Part shown: in pieces, positions 56,628 to 64,000 of the stretch
Layout: the number at the start of each line of letters is the position of its first letter
Numbering within the stretch: the first letter of the stretch is position 1
Source of the DNA: an uncultured Chloroflexia bacterium
GTDB taxonomy: Bacteria > Chloroflexota > Ktedonobacteria > Ktedonobacterales > Ktedonobacteraceae
Reading direction: 5' to 3'
DNA length: 64,000 nucleotides
Assembly (NCBI GenBank): GCA_963727755.1
Contig: CAVSHN010000008.1
Span: 541,156 to 605,155, forward strand
The notes under the pieces: model-generated
The model's database searches: none
What the model saw: only the letters and a program-made list of their open reading frames with translations
Told to the model about the DNA's origin: nothing
Made by a program: the position numbers and the translations under genes

Positions 56628-57029
56628 ATGGCAATAGACTATCGAGAATATATACTGGACCATTATCGTGATCCACGCAACTATGGAGAGCTAGCACATC
56701 CTGATGTGCATTGCGAGGACTTCAACCCACTCTGTGGCGATCAACTTGCTATGGACTTACAAATCGAGAGCGACCGCGTCACAGATGTACGCTTCCACGG
56801 GCGAGGCTGTGCGATTAGTCAGGCAGCCGCCTCAATGCTCACTGAAATGATCGAAGGCAAGACCGTGCAGAGAGGTAATTGCTCTGGGGAAAGATGATGT
56901 TCTGGAAGCACTTGGTATTCCCATCAGCCCAGCTCGTACAAAATGTGCATTTCTCTCCCTACGAGTACTGCACCGTGGCCTCGCCCTTGCAGGCCTTGAG
57001 AAGCCTGCAGAAGACGATGAAGTATAATT
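56628..57029 (+). CDS. sufU: SufU/NifU-like Fe-S scaffold, frame interrupted
   Basis: CGD, HGRGCAIS and KCAFLS Cys motifs. ORF 56628..56897 continues as EVIALGKDDVLEALGIPISPARTKCAFLSL after a 1-nt shift near 56866-56870. Confidence 0.75.
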
Positions 57030-57050
57030 TTTTCAAGAGAAGCGGATTTT

Positions 57051-57368
57051 ATGGATAAATTTGTCAAAGTCGCAAATTTAAGTGATGTGCAGGAAAATTC
57101 GCTATTCACAGTAGAAGCGGACGGGGAACCTGTTTGCCTCACCAAGATCGATGGCATTATTTACGCCTTTACCGATAACTGTACCCACATCAGTGGTCCC
57201 CTCAACGAGGGTGAATTGGAAGAGAGCACCATTACCTGCCCTTGGCACGGTGCTCAATTCGACGTCCGTACCGGCAAAGTTCTCTGTGGCCCCGCACGTC
57301 AGGACCTCTTTACCTATCCAGTAAAGGTTGAAAATGGTGGGATTTATATTAGCCTACCCGAAGCCTAA
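57051..57368 (+). CDS. Rieske [2Fe-2S] ferredoxin-type protein
   Basis: CTHISGPL...CPWHGAQF (CXH...CXXH), 105 aa. Confidence 0.75.
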   Translation: MDKFVKVANLSDVQENSLFTVEADGEPVCLTKIDGIIYAFTDNCTHISGPLNEGELEESTITCPWHGAQFDVRTGKVLCGPARQDLFTYPVKVENGGIYISLPEA

Positions 57369-57422
57369 TTAAATCCCACTTGATCTGACATTTTTGGCTT
57401 GATTTCTGCACTTAAATATTTT

Positions 57423-57914
57423 CTATTCCCCTTGTGGCTGTGGCAATCGACCAAGTATCGTTTTCAGCAGTTGCCCATGCTTACGCTGATTTTCCTTAAT
57501 CTCGCTTTGGGTGCGTTCAATCCTATCAAGACTTTTATCATGCCCATCAAGCACTTGTTCAATCCTGTCCAGGCGTTTATCATGCCCATCAAGCATTCGT
57601 TCAATCCTGTCAAAGCGCTTATCATGCCCATCAAGTATTCGTTCAATCCTGTCAAAGCGTTTACCATACCTCTCAAGCGCTTGTTCAACGCCATCAAAGC
57701 GCTCCCTTACATCGCCTATATCGAGCGTAAGGCCATTGACAGCACCGATGATCTGCTGAAGATTGAATTTATGACGTTGTGAGAGTTTTATAAGTGCCTC
57801 CTCGTTTTTGATGATATCACCGCAGAGCTGTTCAATATCTGTTACACGCTGTTCTAAGCTAGATTGATTGTCGTTGGGCAGGTTCATACAGGGTGTCCGT
57901 CCTTTCCTATGCAA
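57423..57914 (-). CDS. Coiled-coil protein with four 11-residue (33-nt) tandem repeats LDGHDKRFDRIER
   Basis: 33-nt DNA period at 57525-57690 is in frame. No known family. Confidence 0.45.
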   Translation of the reverse strand: MHRKGRTPCMNLPNDNQSSLEQRVTDIEQLCGDIIKNEEALIKLSQRHKFNLQQIIGAVNGLTLDIGDVRERFDGVEQALERYGKRFDRIERILDGHDKRFDRIERMLDGHDKRLDRIEQVLDGHDKSLDRIERTQSEIKENQRKHGQLLKTILGRLPQPQGE

Positions 57915-58201
57915 TTAGTCATTTGGGACTTCCTAACCGTCCCCTGACATCGTCTTGGCAGCGACAATAATATACTACAAGATGTAGTATATTATACGTG
58001 TCAATATATCTATATATGAGTAGCAAGAAATGAGTAGACCACATTGACAGACAGATATCCTCAGCAAATCCTCCGCACACCCGGTTAGTACTAGAACATA
58101 GCCTTAAAAGCTGAAGCTATGCTATAATGCCCCAAACTATCTCTTCTCTTTCGTTTTTGGATGAGCCAAGATTATCCAGGCTATAAGAAAGACAATCAAG
58201 C

Positions 58202-58897
58202 ATGATTATTGGGAAGATCGCCAAATCAGACTCACACATCAACTACGTTTGCCAGATCTTTGGTCCACGCGAAGCTGAGGTCATGCCTACCTCACCTGAT
58301 TATGCCTTCGGGCGCTTTGTACGAGTAGCTATTCGTGCCGCACAGGATGAGGATGACAAGGCATCAATGAGGCCTAGCCACAATCATAAGCCCATTACCT
58401 ACGCTATCGGCGTGATCTACGATACTATTCTCGTCAATCCACAGTTCGGTGCACTAGGGCCACGCCTCTCCAACGAAACTCAGGTTGAGCTATTCTCTCC
58501 CGACTATATCTCTGAGAAGGCTGTCCTGATTTATATCATGATCTTGGGTGTCATGGTAATGCGTCAATCCTCCCAGAGCATACCCGAGGTTCTTTCAGTA
58601 ATGCATGGTATTCCCCCCTTGTCCCTGGATCTGGATAGCGAGATTGAGACGATGACTGATCAAGAAGTACAAAGCTTCCACTTCTTTAAAGATGCCGTTG
58701 AAGACTCTGGTACTCTACATCCCTACCTGCACATGGGCTATCTACCCCATATCATTGCACAGCGTAACAGTCTGCTCCCCATGGTCACACTTCGCATTAT
58801 CGACCAATTGGAGCGTCTGTTCCCACAGGATCTTGCCCTACTCTTAATTGTCAAACGTAACTTTGCTTGGCGACTTAAAGTGGAAACAACTGGTTAG
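58202..58897 (+). CDS. Hypothetical protein, first gene of the HerA-like cassette
   Basis: 231 aa, no recognisable domain. 16 nt upstream of the HerA-like gene. Confidence 0.4.
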   Translation: MIIGKIAKSDSHINYVCQIFGPREAEVMPTSPDYAFGRFVRVAIRAAQDEDDKASMRPSHNHKPITYAIGVIYDTILVNPQFGALGPRLSNETQVELFSPDYISEKAVLIYIMILGVMVMRQSSQSIPEVLSVMHGIPPLSLDLDSEIETMTDQEVQSFHFFKDAVEDSGTLHPYLHMGYLPHIIAQRNSLLPMVTLRIIDQLERLFPQDLALLLIVKRNFAWRLKVETTG

Positions 58898-58913
58898 CAG
58901 AGGTTAACATTCC

Positions 58914-60641
58914 ATGCTCGATCAAAAGACATTCCAACTCGCCTCCTTGCGCAAACCCGTAGGGATTACCAAAGGACCAGGCGAGACCATTCACGAATAT
59001 ACCTTCGTTTCACGCGATGATCTGCAGATACTCAAAAATGGTGAGTATGTGTATTATGAACTCATCGATCCTGATCTAGCAACTATAAATGGCAATGCCG
59101 CTCCCACTCGCCGAGTACTTGGGCGTATCCTCAAACGCGTCCCTCTACAGCTCTACCCGGATACATTTTTAGGTGAACCAGAGATCTCACCTGCTCAGGT
59201 TGCAGCTATGGTGGGTTACAATACACATACAAATGAACTTTTCGAACTGCACGTTGCTATCATGGGCTACTACGACCCTGCAACTGCTTCATTTATCAAT
59301 CCTTGGATTCCTCCCCAATCCGGCAAGCAGATCTTCCTGGCAGACAACCAGATGCTCGAAGAAGTTCTGAGCCGTAAGCGGGACCGCCAGTTCGGTTCCG
59401 CAACCATCGGCTCTCTGCTAACCCGACCGCTAGGCGCAGTTCCGATCGTATTATCAGTCAAGGACTTGGTCAGCACACACCTAGCCATCATTGCCAGTAC
59501 TGGTGCCGGTAAAAGCTATCTAGCCAGCGTGATTATTGAGGAACTGATGCAGCCACATAATAAAGCCTGTATCTTGATTATCGATCCTCACGGTGAATAT
59601 AGCACCCTTGATCAGATCGCTAACACTCCTCAGTTCGAAGAGCCCGGCGACGGTCGCGGTAGCGGCTACCGAGCAGAAGTGCGTATCTACAAGCCCGAAC
59701 AAGTCAAGGTGCGAATTTCTTCACTGAACATGGGCGATATGCGCCAACTGCTGCCGGAGATGACTGAGAAGCAGCAATATTTGCTAAGCAGGGCACTACG
59801 CAAGGTTCGCGAGACCAAACGTGGTACCCCCTGGAGCGTGGCTGATCTTAAGCAGGCCATCAAGGCCGTCTCGCGCCAGAAAAACGATGAGGATAGCGAA
59901 GGGGCCGACAATTCTAGCACTGTCCATGCTCTGACATGGCGAGTGGAGCAGATTTTTGAGCATAGCTTTACCTTCGACGATACACAGCACCTAGACTTAC
60001 CAGAAATTTTCAAACCGGGCCTGTGCACAGTCTTACAGCTCAACGAGATTGATGAGCGTGACCAGCAAGTGGTGGTAGCAACCTTGCTACGCCGCTTGAA
60101 CCAAGCGCGTATGGATACCGAGCGAGGAAAAGTACATTCAGGCGAGTCCTATCTGCCCTATCCCGTCTTTGTACTACTGGAGGAGGCCCATCACTTTGCT
60201 CCTGGCGGCACCGAAGTTGTTTCGACAGCTATTCTCAAACAAGTGCTGGCCGAGGGACGTAAATTTGGTATTGGTGTTGGTCTAATCAGTCAGCGCCCCG
60301 GCAAATTGGATGCCGATGTACTCAGTCAGTGCCAGACGCAATGCATCATGCGTATAGTCAACGAGTTAGACCAGAAAAGCGTTGCCACCACTATTGAAGG
60401 AGTAGGACAAGATCTGCTAGGTAATTTGCCTGCACTTTCTAAAGGTCAAGTCATCGTTGCTGGAGCAGCCGTGAATACACCCATTATTTGTCGTGTACGA
60501 CAGCGCTATACACAGCATGGAGGCGAAAGTAAAGACGCCCCTGATATGTGGCAAAAATATTTCAGCCGAGAGACGCAAGAAACCAGAAAACGTACTGAAG
60601 CGCCATTGAACGGCAATAGAGGCTTTAACTTGTTGAGGTGA
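58914..60641 (+). CDS. HerA/FtsK-like ATPase (DUF87 / HerA central-domain family)
   Basis: N-terminal barrel-like region, then Walker A IIASTGAGKSY, ILIIDPHGEY, Walker B VFVLLEEAHHF and an Arg-finger region GVGLISQRPGKLD. Confidence 0.7.
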   Translation: MLDQKTFQLASLRKPVGITKGPGETIHEYTFVSRDDLQILKNGEYVYYELIDPDLATINGNAAPTRRVLGRILKRVPLQLYPDTFLGEPEISPAQVAAMVGYNTHTNELFELHVAIMGYYDPATASFINPWIPPQSGKQIFLADNQMLEEVLSRKRDRQFGSATIGSLLTRPLGAVPIVLSVKDLVSTHLAIIASTGAGKSYLASVIIEELMQPHNKACILIIDPHGEYSTLDQIANTPQFEEPGDGRGSGYRAEVRIYKPEQVKVRISSLNMGDMRQLLPEMTEKQQYLLSRALRKVRETKRGTPWSVADLKQAIKAVSRQKNDEDSEGADNSSTVHALTWRVEQIFEHSFTFDDTQHLDLPEIFKPGLCTVLQLNEIDERDQQVVVATLLRRLNQARMDTERGKVHSGESYLPYPVFVLLEEAHHFAPGGTEVVSTAILKQVLAEGRKFGIGVGLISQRPGKLDADVLSQCQTQCIMRIVNELDQKSVATTIEGVGQDLLGNLPALSKGQVIVAGAAVNTPIICRVRQRYTQHGGESKDAPDMWQKYFSRETQETRKRTEAPLNGNRGFNLLR

Positions 60642-60642
60642 T

Positions 60643-61008
60643 ATGTCTACACGGTCATCAATTCATAAACTATTCCTGATCGCTCTATTTGCTTGGAGTG
60701 GACTGCTTCTTTTCACCTATTTTGTAAAGCCACAATCTGCACTAGCCTTCATAATCTTCCTGCTGATTGTGAGTGTAGCACTGACCAGTACGCTCGCGAT
60801 CATAGCTTATGGCATTAGTCGCTATCTATTTACATCCCGCGTTTACCGTGCAACTATTCGGCGAGCAATTCACCAAGGAGCGCTCTTATCTCTAGCAATT
60901 GTGCTAGACCTGATTTTGCGCATACTACATAGTGGGAATATTTTCACAGCGATTATGATTGTCGGGGCTACACTTGTACTAGAAGTGCTGACTTTAGCCA
61001 AGAAATAG
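60643..61008 (+). CDS. Small 4-TM membrane protein, translationally coupled to the HerA-like gene
   Basis: Starts 2 nt after the HerA stop. Four hydrophobic helices. Confidence 0.45.
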   Translation: MSTRSSIHKLFLIALFAWSGLLLFTYFVKPQSALAFIIFLLIVSVALTSTLAIIAYGISRYLFTSRVYRATIRRAIHQGALLSLAIVLDLILRILHSGNIFTAIMIVGATLVLEVLTLAKK

Positions 61009-61127
61009 CACTGATAAGAGTTATGCTACCTAGTCGCGCCAGAGTGCCCCTTGCAAGAGCCTTGGGGGTGAATGGCGCTTCCTTTCGGGGTGGGTTGGGA
61101 TGTGTGGGCCGCGTAGGCGGCGTGTGC

Positions 61128-62429
61128 TTAAGCACACTGCTCACCGCTCTGATAGCTGTACCCGTCCATCTTATGCACTACTTTACAATATCTGTAGCCT
61201 GTATCGAAACGAGTACCATCCTTTCTATAGAGTTTGAAATTACCTGTTTCACGTGCTGCAATGCGTCCAATATGCACTCCAGCATTCTTGAGGTGTGATG
61301 GCCTCACAGCTTTCACAATATCCCCAGTCTGGAAGCCATAGAAGATCTTGGCTTGCTTCGCCCCGCCGACTGGAAAACCGTACTTATCGTGATTTTGGAC
61401 TTGACGGCATCCATGTCCGTAAGCGCGAATTTGCAAGGGTTGCACACCTCTTATATTCAGAACTGCTGGTGTGCTCTTCCCCACGCACGCTGCGTCTAGC
61501 CAATGAGTCTTCGACAACTTGCGGTTGGTCCGGTTGAACTTGGTGAGCCCACCAGAACCGCACTCAATTGGTAAGCCAAAACCTTGCAAGCGCCTGAACA
61601 ATTCCCATCGTGTTGCATTCACAGCAGCAGCATCTTTGAGAGGTGCTTTTGCGAAGGCTTCGATCTTCTTCAAGAGATCTGGCTTTTTCTTGAGGAACTC
61701 CTCTATGTTCTTGGTTCCCTTGGCTAGATTGCGTTTCTCGCATGAGAGGCACAAATTGCTCACTCTGTTTGAACCTCCTTTAGCACGAGGAACAATATGC
61801 TCAATTTGCAGAGGAATATTTTCCTTGCCGCAATATGTACACTTATGTTCCCACTTGTGCAAGAGATATTCACGGACTTCATATCCTGCCAAAGTACCTT
61901 GCTGATATTCAGTGCCGGATATCTCAGCATTTTCCATCAGTTGCATATCGAACTTCACCAGCTCCATGCTGATGTTCGTGATATGACACACTCGTGCCAA
62001 ACGTTGGACCCAGGTGAGTATATTGCTGATCCGACTCTGGAGCGATGGTGGCAACCAGCCAGATGCTCGTCTTCTGTTTTGCCATCGTGGTTTGCGATTG
62101 CGGGTATGGCGTGCTCGTCTGCCTCTGCGTGAACCTCGCCGATCGTCTAAGCTCTTTTTGATGGCTTGCCCACGATGTGACAACTCCGCTGTGTAGACGA
62201 CTCTGCCGCTAGCATCATCGACAATCGCTATGCCCGTGGTTCTTGAGCCTGGATCAAGCTTGACCCGCAAATCGGGAACTTTCGGACTCTCAACCGCATA
62301 CTTCAGGATGATGGCGAATGGGAATTTGCGATATATGGCAGCTTTACCTGCATCCAGCAGTATCCTTGCTTTAGCCTCATGGCATGGAGCAAGCGGTACT
62401 TTGTTAGTGTCCATGACGAAAACTGACAT
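61128..62429 (-). CDS. iscB: IscB, the Cas9-ancestor RNA-guided HNH/RuvC nuclease
   Basis: 433 aa. PLMP domain (NKVPLAPCH), RuvC-I LDPGSRTTGIAIVD, Arg-rich bridge helix, RuvC-II ISMELVKFD, HNH CTYCG...IEHIVPRAKGGSNRVSNLCLSCEKRN, RuvC-III HWLDAAC. All catalytic residues are present. Confidence 0.8.
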   Translation of the reverse strand: MSVFVMDTNKVPLAPCHEAKARILLDAGKAAIYRKFPFAIILKYAVESPKVPDLRVKLDPGSRTTGIAIVDDASGRVVYTAELSHRGQAIKKSLDDRRGSRRGRRARHTRNRKPRWQNRRRASGWLPPSLQSRISNILTWVQRLARVCHITNISMELVKFDMQLMENAEISGTEYQQGTLAGYEVREYLLHKWEHKCTYCGKENIPLQIEHIVPRAKGGSNRVSNLCLSCEKRNLAKGTKNIEEFLKKKPDLLKKIEAFAKAPLKDAAAVNATRWELFRRLQGFGLPIECGSGGLTKFNRTNRKLSKTHWLDAACVGKSTPAVLNIRGVQPLQIRAYGHGCRQVQNHDKYGFPVGGAKQAKIFYGFQTGDIVKAVRPSHLKNAGVHIGRIAARETGNFKLYRKDGTRFDTGYRYCKVVHKMDGYSYQSGEQCA

Positions 62430-62700
62430 GTGTAAAATTCCTTTCGGAACCTGGAAACCCAGGTGATGTGTGCCTCGACAATGTTATCGACCCGGTACTT
62501 TCTGATGAGCACTGGCTTAACCCTTGTACACCTGTTTAACCCATCAGTTCTAGAGCAGCACGCTGGCAACGCACGTGCAGGTAGGAACTTTAACTCTCAT
62601 CGATAACGTAGCAGAGTCGCCTCTGCTGAGTCTGGTCATGTGAGCTTGTGAAACGATGCTAGCACCGCTCCACAAGCCCCTGCCCGCAAAGGCATGGGGT
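62430..62700 (-). ncRNA. Putative IscB omega-RNA scaffold
   Basis: About 270 nt directly 5' of iscB and abutting the element's 5' end. It is conserved in the orphan copy at 9516-9783 with compensatory stem changes. ORFs 62303..62569 and 9516..9758 across it are not credible genes. Confidence 0.55.
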
Positions 62701-63318
62701 TCATGACCTTTCTTTATTGATACCTCGTTTCCTATACTTTCGGAATGGCTCAAAAGCGGGGAGAACAACTCTATCATAAATTTCTTCGACGGGAACAGTC
62801 AAGCCAATACTTTGTAATTCCACATTTTCACCTTGCTTAAACCATGTAGTCAGCCATTGCCCGCCTTGCCGTCTCTCTATTTGGACTAACGTGCATTCAT
62901 AGTTAATAAGGACATACTCTTGAATGGAAGGACAATACGTATATTTAAGAAATTTTTCTCCTCTATCATCTTTTTCAGTAGAAGGAGATAATACTTCTAT
63001 TACTAATTTTGGATACTCTATATAGGTTGGATTTTCATCTTCCGCCAAATCCTTTTCATCGCATGTTACCATCAAATCAGGCAATAAACACTCATCCTCT
63101 ATTTTAAGAGTCATTTCTGTAAAAACAAAACAGGGACTTCCTTTTAGATGATTACCTAAAATGAGATGAAGATTAGATATAAGCATCCCATGGTGTTTAG
63201 AACCCCCCGCCATGGCTATCATACGACCATTTCTGTATTCGTATTTCTGGTCAAGAGATTCACGATCTAGGGCCAAGAAGTCCTCTACAGAGAACCAATC
63301 GTCTCTTTGTGCTACCAT
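62701..63318 (-). CDS. Uma2-family (DUF820) PD-(D/E)XK endonuclease
   Basis: 205 aa, similar to Uma2/putative restriction endonuclease family proteins along its length. Its 3' end is the insertion site of the IscB element. Confidence 0.65.
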   Translation of the reverse strand: MVAQRDDWFSVEDFLALDRESLDQKYEYRNGRMIAMAGGSKHHGMLISNLHLILGNHLKGSPCFVFTEMTLKIEDECLLPDLMVTCDEKDLAEDENPTYIEYPKLVIEVLSPSTEKDDRGEKFLKYTYCPSIQEYVLINYECTLVQIERRQGGQWLTTWFKQGENVELQSIGLTVPVEEIYDRVVLPAFEPFRKYRKRGINKERS

Positions 63319-64000
63319 ATTTCTACTCTCTTTCTACCTCTTAATACATGTGTCTATTCTATCTGACAGTATTGACCTTGCTCAAGCACAAAATTGTCAA
63401 CTTGATTTGACGCATGCCGTCGAACGAACTATACAGTACCCACAGTATACCCGAGAGATTGTTGCATGTACATACTTAAATTTAACTATAGGCATAGTTC
63501 ACCTTTTTGGTCATTCGCTTTCCTTCCCTACCTTATCCAGTCACGCGTACATGCCTACTGCCTGACATACCGACAACACTCAAATCTCAAGAAATTCCCC
63601 ATTTTTTGGGCCTACATCCGACGCATATTTTGTTACTTTTTATGTTATACTCAGGATAGACACCCGTTGGGTCGTCTTTGATACACTCTCCCTCGTAGCT
63701 CGTCTCTGTTTTTGTACATTCGCCTATAATAATACGTTTTCGTATCACCGTCTCTGTATTGCTCCCCATACTACCATCACATATCCTAACAGTGCACATA
63801 ACAAACAAATACTCTTTGCACTGAGCAGAAGAGTTAGGAAAGGACTAAATAAGAATTATGCAGTCAAGAGAAATCAAGCAATATAATGATGCAAAAAAAG
63901 CATCTGAGTCATCTAATCGTAGCGACGTAGGTAAAAAGTATACAACCCATGAAGACCGATGTTGGAACTTTAAACGGTTCTTAACGCCCCTTACCCTTGG

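Larger units (their letters stand above)
61030..62701 (-). mobile_element. IS200/IS605-family non-autonomous element carrying iscB and its omega-RNA (no tnpA)
   Basis: 5' hairpin AACCCCATGCCTTTGCGGGCAGGGG begins at the A of the Uma2 TGA stop (flank TCATG). The 3' module has gtgcttaagcacac, cccacacatccc and a ccccaaggctcttgcaagggg hairpin like the ends of the miniature elements. Confidence 0.65.

Noticed and set aside
56924-57157. Minus-strand ORF 56924..57157
   Set aside because: Antisense to the sufU C-terminal continuation and the Rieske gene start.

Overview
This 64-kb window of bacterial chromosome looks Gram-positive-like, possibly Chloroflexota; that placement is inference only. Housekeeping genes (rsmD, dut, a sigma-70 factor, two tandem RelA/SpoT homologues, tgt, a DAHP synthase, ispH and a suf Fe-S operon) alternate with accessory and mobile DNA.

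Main observations:
- **IscB element.** An intact IscB RNA-guided nuclease gene lies in an IS200/IS605-type element with an upstream structured omega-RNA (61030-62701, minus strand).
- **Miniature derivatives.** Two short elements share the ends of the IscB element but have no protein gene. One keeps the omega-RNA scaffold with compensatory stem changes and sits directly 5' of dut (9362-9783); the other sits 5' of a giant TPR gene (33500-33958). End-hairpin fragments also occur inside the paralog array below.
- **Paralog array.** Five small paralogous genes in tandem (20.2-23.8 kb) each carry their own conserved promoter module with AGACGTT direct repeats, and have variable C-terminal tails.
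- **Cassette array.** At 40.5-47 kb, minus-strand genes are each preceded by a repeated ~400-nt module that includes partial copies of the 3' end of a neighbouring hydrolase gene. The gene bodies are unrelated, have Cys-rich or low-complexity tails, and the array contains a minisatellite.
- **Other accessory content.** A HerA-like ATPase three-gene cassette sits beside the IscB element and an Uma2 endonuclease. A HepT/MNT toxin-antitoxin locus includes a DUF433-MNT fusion. A HigA antitoxin is paired with a decayed HigB. A degenerate IS200/IS605 element retains tnpA and tnpB remnants. An Rpn-family PD-(D/E)XK gene is inserted inside the suf operon.

Caveat: at least 17 conserved genes are broken by single-base indels, mostly in homopolymer runs. 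This most likely reflects indel sequencing or assembly errors rather than real pseudogenes, so exact ORF boundaries and every 'frameshift' call are provisional.
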